From an uncultured Collinsella sp. (GTDB lineage: Bacteria; Actinomycetota; Coriobacteriia; Coriobacteriales; Coriobacteriaceae), in contig CABQNA010000001.1 of NCBI GenBank assembly GCA_902465425.1, positions 1 to 39,189 of the forward strand: 39,189 bases of DNA, read 5' to 3'. This document shows, one piece after another, positions 17,981-26,780 of the stretch. The notes beneath the pieces were generated by a model. The model was not told the origin of the DNA. It did no database searches and was given only the letters and a program-made list of their open reading frames with translations. Position 1 is the stretch's first letter; each line of letters starts with the position of its first letter. A program made the translations under genes and the position numbers.

Positions 17981-18364
17981 TTACGCCGCAGGCGCAGTCA
18001 TTGACCTGTCGATAACACGAATAGCCTGGGCAAAAGCATCGTGATAGCTTTCGTTGGCCAGATGGTCTAGGGCGGTCTCGATATTCAGCCCCAGCATCTC
18101 GCTCATCTCCGAAAACTCTGGTTTGAGGGAAAGCCCTTTGAGCTCATAGCAACCGTTAATCACGCCATCATGATCAGTCAGAATCATCACAAACGCCTTT
18201 CGGCTAAAACTCACCTTGCACATACCCGTGCCCAAGTATCCCTCATGATCGCGAGCGCGCTCATGGATAAGAATGCGCACCCTCTTCCAGTAGCGATACT
18301 GGGTGAATGTTCCTGCAAGCCATACGAGAATAAAGAAGGCTATTGTAATGAGCGCGTTGAGCAT
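17981..18364 (-). CDS. gutM: GutM-like protein
   Basis: N-terminal hydrophobic helix ending TQYRY, size, and position among glucitol-PTS genes. Confidence 0.6.
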   Translation of the reverse strand: MLNALITIAFFILVWLAGTFTQYRYWKRVRILIHERARDHEGYLGTGMCKVSFSRKAFVMILTDHDGVINGCYELKGLSLKPEFSEMSEMLGLNIETALDHLANESYHDAFAQAIRVIDRSMTAPAA

Positions 18365-18393
18365 AGTGGGCCTTTCCCTCTTAAAGCTTCAGT

Positions 18394-19413
18394 TTACAGG
18401 CCAAAGGACAGTACGTAGGCAAGAATAATCTGAATCGGGGTGGTAATCAGCTTGCCAAACAGGAATGCAGGGTAACCGATTTCGATCGTCTCGGGCTTTG
18501 CCTCCATGAGAGTCATGCCAACGGGAGCAAAGTCGGAACCAACCTGGCAGTTGACGGCAAAGAAGCCGGGAAGGGCAAAGTTGGCGGGAATCGTGCCGTT
18601 GGCGATTTGGTTGCCAACAAGGACAGAAAGCACAGAAGCGATGATTGCGCCCGGGCAGATCAAAGGCGAAAGGAACGGGATTGAGCAGAACATGCCAATT
18701 GCCAGCATACCGGGCAGCGAGCCCGCAAGCGGAGTGAGAACGCCGGCGAGAACGTTCGCGAAACCCGTGTAGTTAATAATGCCGATCAACACCGAGACAA
18801 ACGCCATAAAGGGGATGATGTTGCGGATAACATCGTTCACGGTATCGCGCGCAGCCTGGTAGATGATGCTGATAACGCGGCCGACACCGGTGCCGATCTT
18901 GGAGACAACGTCCATGAAGCCGTTAGACTCCTTGGATGCGAGCTCGGCACGTCCCTCAGCGATCTTGGCGTGGACGTTTTCCTTCGTCGTCTCCTCGTGT
19001 GCCTTCTCGGCCTTTACCGGCTCAGCGGGAACATCGGCCGCATCGGCAAGGACGATGCAATCGGGATTGACGTCAGATGCAAAGAGATCCTCGGTGATGA
19101 ACTGGGCCAGAGGACCAGACGGAGAACCGGGCTTGATGTTCAGCGTCTTAAGGCCCATCTTGGGATAGGTGCCGCAGCGAGCCACGCCGGCGCAGTCGAT
19201 GACAACGGCGCATGCCTGATCGGTCTCGATCGGGTCCTTAAACTGGTCGTGCGCCTCGGCGCCGGTAAGCTCCGCAATGCGAAGGGCGACCGGGCTGATG
19301 CCACCCAGGGTCACGCTCAGAACATAAGGCTTCTCGGCCGTGGGGGTAATGATGAGGGGACCGCCCCAACCGTTGCCGCCGTGGGACGCCTTTACGCTTT
19401 TGAATTCACTCAT
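18394..19413 (-). CDS. srlE: PTS glucitol/sorbitol-family EIIBC
   Basis: GGNGWGGPL, VIDCAGVARCGTYP, SGPLAQFITE, IIPFMAFVS and PFLSP. Confidence 0.93.
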   Translation of the reverse strand: MSEFKSVKASHGGNGWGGPLIITPTAEKPYVLSVTLGGISPVALRIAELTGAEAHDQFKDPIETDQACAVVIDCAGVARCGTYPKMGLKTLNIKPGSPSGPLAQFITEDLFASDVNPDCIVLADAADVPAEPVKAEKAHEETTKENVHAKIAEGRAELASKESNGFMDVVSKIGTGVGRVISIIYQAARDTVNDVIRNIIPFMAFVSVLIGIINYTGFANVLAGVLTPLAGSLPGMLAIGMFCSIPFLSPLICPGAIIASVLSVLVGNQIANGTIPANFALPGFFAVNCQVGSDFAPVGMTLMEAKPETIEIGYPAFLFGKLITTPIQIILAYVLSFGL

Positions 19414-19442
19414 GATTTAGACTCTCCTTTTGCGCTGAACTA

Positions 19443-19988
19443 CTAGGCGGCAAGCTTAGCTTCGTTGCGCTTCTTCATGATGAGGTACAGCTTCTCGGTG
19501 ACAATGCCCTTGATCAGGCAGACGATTAGACCAACAATGAGGAAGCGGATAGCAAGCTCGGAGGAGTTCTTTCCCAGTGCCTCGTAGCCGGCCGAGATAC
19601 CAAGCCAAACAAAGAGCTCGGAAGAGTTAGCGTGCGGGAAAAGGCCAACGATGGGGTGCATCATGGACGCGACCGCATCGTAGAATGCGGGCTTGTAGTC
19701 CTCCTCGACAAACACACCAAAGGTGTATGCCATCGGATTGCAGAGGAAGAAAGTGCAAAGGAACGGGATGAGGGTATAGCGGAGAACTGCATACTTGGTG
19801 CACTTCTTCATGAACCCATAGACACGCTCCTCGCCGATCAGCTGGATGACTGCCTTGATCGTAAGGATCAGACAGATCAGCATTGGGATCATGCCCGTAA
19901 TAAACGAGGCAAACTGATCACCAGCCGCATTAAACAGGCCGGTAAAGCCCTCCGCAAGGAAGATAAGGAAATCGTTTACTGCTCCCAT
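19443..19988 (-). CDS. srlA: PTS glucitol/sorbitol-family EIIC
   Basis: NPMAYTFG, KPAFY and GLFPHANSSELFVWLGI. ATG 19988 is better spaced from AAGGAG than 19994. Confidence 0.93.
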   Translation of the reverse strand: MGAVNDFLIFLAEGFTGLFNAAGDQFASFITGMIPMLICLILTIKAVIQLIGEERVYGFMKKCTKYAVLRYTLIPFLCTFFLCNPMAYTFGVFVEEDYKPAFYDAVASMMHPIVGLFPHANSSELFVWLGISAGYEALGKNSSELAIRFLIVGLIVCLIKGIVTEKLYLIMKKRNEAKLAA

Positions 19989-20171
19989 TTTCATTCTCCT
20001 TAGTTAATGTTCGCTACTTCTATCGTTCTACCTGAGCGCCCCCTCCTCCTTTTCAATCAGCCATATACGCTCATGGTTGTCTACGGTTGTCTATATCTTA
20101 CAAAGGGACCGCTCTTCGAGTTACCTTCTCGCATTCCTTTCGGTGAACGGTAGATTTTACAAGACAAACGG

Positions 20172-21662
20172 CTACGCGCTATTTAGCTCATAGATAATTT
20201 GGAGTGCCTCAAATATACGCATATACCTGCTAAAACGCGCGTCGTAGAGCTCATGGGCCCTGTCGTTTTTTTCAATGGAATCGAGTTTTCTGCAGACCCC
20301 TGCGGCAACCGCCGTCAAGTCTTGGCCGCAAGAAGCCGAGAGGGCCAGCAGCGCCGTGCCCTGACCGGCGCCGGAGGATTCCATCCGCACCATATCGACC
20401 CCCAACACGTTGGAGAGCGTTTGCGCCCAAAAATCGTTCTTGGCCCCTCCTCCAACGAGCCTGATGCTGCGCCACTCTTCCGAATGGTCCACGGACTCCT
20501 TGAGCTCCCTTAAGGCATACGCCGTGCCCTCCATCAGAGCCCTTTCGAGCTCGGAACGAGTCGTGTCAAGATCAAGCCCCAGAAAGGCACCGCGTACCGA
20601 CGGGCAACCGTGCAGGACTTTTTCTCCCGATAGATGGGGGTAGAACATGAGATCCCTCATGTCGTAGAAGGGGTCCTCGACGGCCTTGTCCTCCAAATCG
20701 TAGGACTCACTGCTTAGAATCTGCCCGTACCACCATTCCTTGGCACCGCCGCACGATCTGATACTCAGCTGAATTTGGGTCTTAAGGGTATTTCCCCACT
20801 TGAACAACACGGGCTTGCCAACAGCCGGAAGGTCAGCTCCCTCAGATGAATACATCAGCACGCCGCTTGTTCCAAGTGAGATGGTGGGGACGCCCTCCAA
20901 AAGGCATCCCGTGCAGATCGCTGCCGCGGGATTGTCGCCCGTTCCCCTCACGATCATGGCACCTGCGGGAATTCCCGTCTCGCTTGAAGCTCTCTCAACC
21001 ACGGTCCCAATTACGGCATCAGAAGGCTCGACAACGGGAAGCAACGACTCGGGGATTCCGAAATGCTCGCAGACCTCACCGATCCAAGCTTGCCTCTCGT
21101 TATCGTAGAGCCCTGTTGTCGAAGCCCCGCAATAGTCCGTACCAGCACGCCCGCCAAACTTGAGAGCAATCCAATCTGAAACCGAAAGAAACACTTCGCT
21201 CTTTGAAAGGCCCTCAGGATTATTCTTAGCTATCCATGCAAGGTTAATCGCCGGAACCCCAGTCGAAAGAAAGCTGGCGACCCTAGGATAGCCTGCAGAC
21301 AGCGCCCACTGCTTCTCGGTAAAGACGGCGTCAATCGTGCGCTGGTCGTTCCACATTATGGCGGGACACGTTGGCACCCCATCGGCATCGATCAAGACCG
21401 TCGTGTGCATCTGCCCGGTAGCGCCAACGCCTTTTATTAGAGACAGGTCAACTTTCTCTCCAAGCAGGGAGCATGCAGAGCAAATGGCGATCCACCATGT
21501 CTCGGGATTGATTTCCCGCCAACCGGGATGAGGCTCAGAGCACTCGTAAGCCTCGCTCGCAGTCGCGACAACTTTTCCGCCTTCATCAATGCACGTGAGC
21601 TTCACCGATGACGTGCCCACATCGACACCAAGGTAGAGCGCACCCATTATCGCCTCATCCAT
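20172..21662 (-). CDS. FGGY-family carbohydrate kinase (xylulokinase-like)
   Basis: LGVDVGTSSVK, TGQMH, MWNDQR, GDN, SLGTSG, YPHLSGE and GGGAK. Confidence 0.93.
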   Translation of the reverse strand: MDEAIMGALYLGVDVGTSSVKLTCIDEGGKVVATASEAYECSEPHPGWREINPETWWIAICSACSLLGEKVDLSLIKGVGATGQMHTTVLIDADGVPTCPAIMWNDQRTIDAVFTEKQWALSAGYPRVASFLSTGVPAINLAWIAKNNPEGLSKSEVFLSVSDWIALKFGGRAGTDYCGASTTGLYDNERQAWIGEVCEHFGIPESLLPVVEPSDAVIGTVVERASSETGIPAGAMIVRGTGDNPAAAICTGCLLEGVPTISLGTSGVLMYSSEGADLPAVGKPVLFKWGNTLKTQIQLSIRSCGGAKEWWYGQILSSESYDLEDKAVEDPFYDMRDLMFYPHLSGEKVLHGCPSVRGAFLGLDLDTTRSELERALMEGTAYALRELKESVDHSEEWRSIRLVGGGAKNDFWAQTLSNVLGVDMVRMESSGAGQGTALLALSASCGQDLTAVAAGVCRKLDSIEKNDRAHELYDARFSRYMRIFEALQIIYELNSA

Positions 21663-21677
21663 GTTCGTAATTCCGCG

Positions 21678-22520
21678 CTACTCAGCGATGCCGTTGATGG
21701 CGCGCGTCGTCTTGTAAGCAACGTCCGCAACTGCCTTACGTGTATCAATCAGTACCTTGGCGAGATTATGCTCGTTGTTGTTTGCCTCGTACGCCTTGCC
21801 AACCGTCGTGATGTAGGCCTTGCGCAGGTCGCTTGCGATGTTGATCTTGGACATCTTGTGTGGCTGCATAGCGTGGATGGTCTCATAGGGAATGCCCGAG
21901 CCACCATGAAGAACGAGGGGACACGGAGACACCTCGGCAAGCTTCTCAAGCAGCGGCAAATCGATGCGCGGCGTATCCTCAAGGCCGTGAACGTTGCCGA
22001 TAGACACGGCCAACAGGTCGCAGCCCGTGCGCTCCACAAACTCGCAAACCTGATCGGGGTCGGTCTTAAGATCCGCCTCGGAAACATGATCGTCTTCTTT
22101 GCCCTTGATGGCACCGAGCTCAGCCTCAACGGGCACGCCGTAGCAATGGCAGTAGTCAACTGCCTGGCGCGAGAAGCGAATGTTCTCCTCAAAGGGCAAC
22201 GCGGCACCGTCGATCATAACGGAGGTAAAGCCGGCCTGAACCGCCTGTCGAACATCCTCGAGCGTCTTGCCGTGGTCAAGATGCAGACACGTGGGAACGA
22301 TATAGTCCTCCGCCGCGCGTTTAACGATAGAGGCGATCATGCCGTAATCGGAAAGCTTAACGTTGGTAGGGGCGATCTGGAGGATGCCCGGCATGCCGGC
22401 CCTCTGCAATCCATCCAGGATACCTAAGGTCATCTCCATGTTCGTCGTGTTATATGCGGGAAGGAGCCATCCATTCTTGCGTGCAATCTGGATCAGCTCA
22501 GTCGAAGTTACAACTGCCAT
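21678..22520 (-). CDS. Class II ketose-bisphosphate aldolase
   Basis: LHLDHG, FTSVMIDG, VEAELG, GNVHG, LVLHGGSG and KINI. Confidence 0.95.
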   Translation of the reverse strand: MAVVTSTELIQIARKNGWLLPAYNTTNMEMTLGILDGLQRAGMPGILQIAPTNVKLSDYGMIASIVKRAAEDYIVPTCLHLDHGKTLEDVRQAVQAGFTSVMIDGAALPFEENIRFSRQAVDYCHCYGVPVEAELGAIKGKEDDHVSEADLKTDPDQVCEFVERTGCDLLAVSIGNVHGLEDTPRIDLPLLEKLAEVSPCPLVLHGGSGIPYETIHAMQPHKMSKINIASDLRKAYITTVGKAYEANNNEHNLAKVLIDTRKAVADVAYKTTRAINGIAE

Positions 22521-22576
22521 GATTCCTCCAACCGGGTTACGGCAATTCGAGTTGAGTTTTCGTTCCAGATACTTAT

Positions 22577-22610
22577 ATAGACGTCTATGTACCTGTTTAT
22601 AGACGACTAT
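22577..22610. promoter_or_regulatory. Tandem operator ATAGACGTCTAT / ATAGACGACTAT upstream of the aldolase
   Basis: Perfect 12-bp palindrome at 22577 and a one-mismatch copy 22 bp later; the same motif recurs at 23380. Confidence 0.75.
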
Positions 22611-22654
22611 ATACCTTTTTGATTTACGCGCAAAGCACTAAATGCCTCGAATCG

Positions 22655-22692
22655 AAAAAAGGGGCTGCCGAGAAGCACTCGACAGCCCCTTT
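22655..22692 (-). terminator. Intrinsic terminator of the island HAD gene
   Basis: AAGGGGCTG...CAGCCCCTT stem with an A-run on the left. Confidence 0.75.
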
Positions 22693-22704
22693 CATTTGGC
22701 ATGC

Positions 22705-23361
22705 TTACCCCAACGCCCCATTTGCCAGCATATCGGTAACGTCGTTTAGGCTCGAAACTATTGCCGTGGCCAATCTTTCCATCTCATCTGTTGGCTCAGA
22801 GAGATCGGGGACCATGACAGTGCAAAATCCTCCTGCAAATCCCGCGCGCACCCCGTTATAGGAATCCTCTAAAACGAGGGATTTCTGCGGTGAAGCTCCT
22901 AGCTCATCCGCCGCTTTCAAAAAGACGTCTGGGTAAGGCTTGGCGTGTTCGACCTCAACACCAGAGACGATCGAATCGAAATAAGGGAGTATTCCTCCCC
23001 TTATCAAATTTGCCTCGATCATTTTTCTGCTCGATGATGAAGCAACTGCCATCGGAATTCCCTCAGCCTGAAGATAGTCGAGAAGCCGATCTAATCCGAG
23101 TTTCTTCTCTGCGCCCTGAGCCAGCGCTTCATGCGCTATTTCGTAAAAACGGTCAACAAACGCTTGAGAATCGACCTCATCGCCATACCACTCGCGCATA
23201 ATGGACACCGCTTCCGATCCATTGGTGCCACGCATGGCGTCCGCAAGGCCCTCTTTGCATTCAACCTCAAACTCAATTGCGGTTTTGGGCCAGCAGGAAG
23301 CCCAAATCGGCTCAGTATCGAACATGAGCCCGTCCATATCGAAGATAACCGCCTCGAACAT
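22705..23361 (-). CDS. HAD-family phosphatase
   Basis: FDMDGLMFD, ASSS, KPYPD and VLEDS; RBS AAGGAGG. Confidence 0.95.
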   Translation of the reverse strand: MFEAVIFDMDGLMFDTEPIWASCWPKTAIEFEVECKEGLADAMRGTNGSEAVSIMREWYGDEVDSQAFVDRFYEIAHEALAQGAEKKLGLDRLLDYLQAEGIPMAVASSSSRKMIEANLIRGGILPYFDSIVSGVEVEHAKPYPDVFLKAADELGASPQKSLVLEDSYNGVRAGFAGGFCTVMVPDLSEPTDEMERLATAIVSSLNDVTDMLANGALG

Positions 23362-23379
23362 ATTGCCTCCTTGTTCAAG

Positions 23380-23389
23380 TAGACGTCTA
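23380..23389. promoter_or_regulatory. Operator TAGACGTCTA upstream of the island HAD gene
   Basis: Same palindrome as at 22578-22587. Confidence 0.7.
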
Positions 23390-23489
23390 TATACGTATAT
23401 TCTATCAAAGGAGGTCTTTTTTCTTTCACGGCAGCATGAAAAGGAGTCCGTCCCAATAAAAGCCGACAGGCGCCTCGTCTGCCAAAAAA

Positions 23490-23520
23490 CACCACGATGG
23501 AGGCAGTCCCCATCGTGGTG
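23490..23520. repeat. GTCCCC-core hairpin
   Basis: Arms CACCACGAT/ATCGTGGTG around the 13-nt core GGAGGCAGTCCCC. Confidence 0.75.
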
Positions 23521-23560
23521 GTTGCCTTACGTCGATTTACTTAGCGCGGCCCCGGGGATC

Positions 23561-23596
23561 AAAAAGAGCCGCCCCGGTTACCCAGGGCGGCCCTTT
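23561..23596 (-). terminator. Intrinsic terminator of the EF-G-like gene
   Basis: GCCGCCC/GGGCGGC stem with an A-run on the left. Confidence 0.7.
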
Positions 23597-23629
23597 CGTC
23601 AGCACCTACATTGCAGACAAAATCACGCG

Positions 23630-25705
23630 CTACTTGGCACGGCCCTCCTCATAGCGCTCGACCAGCTTGGCCTGAACGTCATAAGGCACCTGCTCATAGC
23701 CTGCGGGCTTCATGGTAAAGTCACCCGTGCCGCGCGTGATAGAGCGCAGGCGCGTCGAATAATCCGTCAGCTCTGCCAGCGGCGCCTGGGCAATAACCAC
23801 GGTATCGCCGCGCTCATCGGTCTCCATGCCCGTCACGCGACCGCGCGATGCCGAGATGTCGCCCATCACAGCGCCGGCGTAGCTCTCGGGGATGGTCACC
23901 GTAATTTCCTCAATGGGCTCCAGCACCACCGGGTCGGCATCGGCACATGCCTTGCGCAGGCCGATGCGAGCCGCCGCGCGGAACGCCATCTCGTTGGAGT
24001 CGACGCTGTGATACGAGCCGTCGTACACAGCCACGCGAATGCCCGTGAGCGGGTAGCCGGCAATGATGCCGTCCTTCATGGTCTCCTGGACGCCCTTATC
24101 CACGGCGGGGATCAGCGAGCGTGGAATACGGCCGCCCACGACCTCGTCAACAAACTCATAGCCGTCGCTCGTGCCGTCGGGCCCAATGAGCGGCTCCACG
24201 CGCAGCCAGCAGTCGCCATACTGACCGGCACCGCCAGTCTGCTTCTTGTGGCGGCCCTGGGCACTCGCCGTGCGGCGAATGGTCTCGCGATACGGGATGC
24301 GGATCGGCACGCTTTTGGCCACGACCTTGGTGCGATCCTCCAAACGGTTGAGCAGCACCGAAACCTGCGCCTCACCCACGGCGGAGATGATAGTCTGCCC
24401 GGTCTCCTCGTCGCGGTCGATGCTCATAGTCGGATCGGCCTTGCAGGCTTTCTCGATAAACGTGTAGAGCTTCTCCTCGTCGCCACGATTCTCGGCCTCG
24501 ATGGCGATGCGATACTGCGAGTTGGGGAACTTAAACGCCGCAGCCTCGACCTTGCCGGTAATCGAGAGCGTATCGCCCGTCTCGGCAGCCAGCTTAGGCG
24601 CCACGATGATGTCGCCGGCATAGGCGTGACCGACCTCGGTCATATCACGACCGCACATCACATACAGGTGAGCCAGACGCTCACCCTTGCGCGTGCGCGC
24701 ATTGATCAACTCAAGGCCCGGCTCAAGCGTACCCGTCAGTACCTTGATAAAGCTGATGCGACCCTGCTGCGGATCGGCCAGGGTCTTAAACACAAATGCC
24801 ACCGGACGGTCATCGTCACTCGAGATCTTAAGCGAATCGCCGTCGATGAGCGGCATCTCGCCGTAGTCGGTCGGCGCCGGGAAGTACGTCGCAATGTCGT
24901 CCATCAGCGAGTTGACGCCCTGCTCCTTAATGCAATCACCCGCAAAGACCGGCACAAAGATGCGCTCGGCGATCGCCTTCGACAGCAGGCCCTCAAGCTC
25001 CTCCTGCGTCAGCGTCTCCTCGCCTTCCAAGTACTTCATCATCAGTTCGTCGTCAGCCTCGGTCACCAGCTCGCACAGATGGTCATGGGCCTCCTCGGCC
25101 TGGGCACGATACTCCTCGGGAATCTCCGACTCAACGGCTTCGGTGCCGTTGCAATGGCGCGCCTTCATGCGCACCAGGTCGATGATGCCGTCAAAGTCCT
25201 CGCCCTCGCCCCAGGGAAGGGTCACGGCGCCCAGGCGCGTGCCAAAGCGCTCCTGCAGCAGGTCCATCGTGGTCGCAAAGCTGGCCTCGGAGCGCGACAG
25301 GCGGTTTACGAACACCGCACGCGCCAGGCGCAGGTCCTCGGCGGCATACCAGAGCTTAACCGTCGTAGGCTGCGGGCCGGCCTCGGCGTCGACCACAAAC
25401 AGAGCCGTCTCGCAGACGCTCATCGCGGCAAAGGCGTCGCCGATAAAATCGGGGTAGCACGGGGCATCGAGCACATTGATGCGCGCGCCCTTCCAGTCGA
25501 TCGGCGCGATGGTCGTCGAGATGGAGAATGAACGCTTAACCTCTTCGGGGTCATAGTCGAGCGTGGGCTTGGTGCCGTCGTGGCCGCCCAGGCGGGCGGT
25601 CTTGCCGGAAAGGTGGAGCATGGCCTCGGCGAGTGAAGTCTTGCCCACCCCGCCTTGGCCTACGAGCACCACGTTCCTTACGTTACCGGTCTTGGGAGCA
25701 CCCAT
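23630..25705 (-). CDS. Elongation factor G paralogue (EF-G2-like)
   Basis: Full EF-G architecture (PYRETI, KKQTGGAGQYG, DGSYHSVDSNEMAF, LEPI, LRSITRG) with diverged G-domain motifs; RBS AAGGAGG before ATG 25705. Confidence 0.93.
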   Translation of the reverse strand: MGAPKTGNVRNVVLVGQGGVGKTSLAEAMLHLSGKTARLGGHDGTKPTLDYDPEEVKRSFSISTTIAPIDWKGARINVLDAPCYPDFIGDAFAAMSVCETALFVVDAEAGPQPTTVKLWYAAEDLRLARAVFVNRLSRSEASFATTMDLLQERFGTRLGAVTLPWGEGEDFDGIIDLVRMKARHCNGTEAVESEIPEEYRAQAEEAHDHLCELVTEADDELMMKYLEGEETLTQEELEGLLSKAIAERIFVPVFAGDCIKEQGVNSLMDDIATYFPAPTDYGEMPLIDGDSLKISSDDDRPVAFVFKTLADPQQGRISFIKVLTGTLEPGLELINARTRKGERLAHLYVMCGRDMTEVGHAYAGDIIVAPKLAAETGDTLSITGKVEAAAFKFPNSQYRIAIEAENRGDEEKLYTFIEKACKADPTMSIDRDEETGQTIISAVGEAQVSVLLNRLEDRTKVVAKSVPIRIPYRETIRRTASAQGRHKKQTGGAGQYGDCWLRVEPLIGPDGTSDGYEFVDEVVGGRIPRSLIPAVDKGVQETMKDGIIAGYPLTGIRVAVYDGSYHSVDSNEMAFRAAARIGLRKACADADPVVLEPIEEITVTIPESYAGAVMGDISASRGRVTGMETDERGDTVVIAQAPLAELTDYSTRLRSITRGTGDFTMKPAGYEQVPYDVQAKLVERYEEGRAK

Positions 25706-25945
25706 GATGACCTCCTTGCAGGGCCGCGCACAATGCGCGACGCCAACGGGGAGAGTTCGCGGTCGGTGCCATCCCGGGAGCAGCATGGTCGGCAGCCGAG
25801 CCGACTCACCCTCCAAATGTCCTATGCCACCACCCTACCCTCACGGGCGGCTGTCCATGCATACCTTTCGGCACACGTATGAATACAGGCGGCGAGAGGA
25901 AGAGACAAGCTTGTGGGGCGATTATTGAACCCCGTCGATGCAAAC

Positions 25946-25982
25946 AAAAAGCCGCCACAGACTGTAAGACCTGCGGCGGCTT
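25946..25982 (-). terminator. Intrinsic terminator of the amino-acid ABC operon
   Basis: AAGCCGCC...GGCGGCTT stem with an A-run on the left. Confidence 0.7.
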
Positions 25983-26015
25983 CGCCTCAATTAATAGTTG
26001 AGTAAATACCTGAGC

Positions 26016-26780
26016 CTACCCCTCGATACGGCTCAAGAACTCACGCGTGCGCTGCTCGCGCGGATGGTCGATAACCTGATCGGCAGGCCCCTCCTCGACA
26101 ATACGACCGCCGTCCATAAAGACCACGCGGTCGGCAACATCGCGCGCAAACTGCATCGCGTGGGTCACGATTACCATCGTCATATTCTGCGCGGCAAGGT
26201 CTTTAATGACATGCAGCACCTCGGCCGTCAGCTCGGGATCGAGTGCCGAGGTCGGCTCGTCAAAGAACAGAATCTCCGGGTCGAGCGCTAGGGCGCGGGC
26301 AATACTCACGCGCTGCTGCTGACCGCCCGAAAGCTCACAAGGAACCTTGTTCTCGTTGCCCGTAAGCCCCATCTGCGCGATCAACTCGCATGCACGTGCC
26401 TCTGCCTGCTCGCGCGGACGCTTGAGCACGCGAATCGGAGCATCGGTGATGTTTTTCATCACGGTATAGTGCGGGAACAGATTGTAGTTCTGAAACACCA
26501 GACCAAACCGCGAGCGCGCCTGTTTAGGAACATCGCCCTTTGCGTACACCGCGCCCGAACCCGCATCCGTCGCAACGGCAAGGTCACCAAACGAGAGCGA
26601 GCCTCCGTCGAGTGTCTCGAGCAGCGTGGCACACCGCAGCAGCGTGGACTTGCCGCCACCCGAAGGCCCGATAATCGCCACGACCTCGCCACGCTTCACC
26701 TCAAGCGAGATATCCTTGAGCACCTCATTGCCGCCAAACGCCTTGCGCGCGCTTTCGATTTTCATCACTGAGTTAGTCAT
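26016..26780 (-). CDS. Polar amino-acid ABC transporter ATP-binding protein
   Basis: GPSGGGKST, VFQNYNLFPH, LSGGQQQRV and FDEPTSALDPEL. Confidence 0.96.
   Translation of the reverse strand: MTNSVMKIESARKAFGGNEVLKDISLEVKRGEVVAIIGPSGGGKSTLLRCATLLETLDGGSLSFGDLAVATDAGSGAVYAKGDVPKQARSRFGLVFQNYNLFPHYTVMKNITDAPIRVLKRPREQAEARACELIAQMGLTGNENKVPCELSGGQQQRVSIARALALDPEILFFDEPTSALDPELTAEVLHVIKDLAAQNMTMVIVTHAMQFARDVADRVVFMDGGRIVEEGPADQVIDHPREQRTREFLSRIEG

Noticed and set aside
17608..19988. Calling the island a sorbitol utilisation operon
   Set aside because: The transporter family is clear, but srlD is absent and the accompanying enzymes do not fit sorbitol catabolism
15901..23473. GCCAGACAGGCAGCC (15901) and GCCGACAGGCGCC (23462) as att-like ends of the sugar island
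   Set aside because: Short, needs two indels to align, and no integrase or tRNA is nearby; compatible with chance
23201..25531. 776-aa plus-strand ORF
   Set aside because: Antisense shadow of the EF-G paralogue caused by GC-rich codon bias; no motifs
25706..25930. Riboswitch or leader RNA upstream of the EF-G paralogue
   Set aside because: Only short GC-rich stems, with no recognisable conserved motif or attenuator
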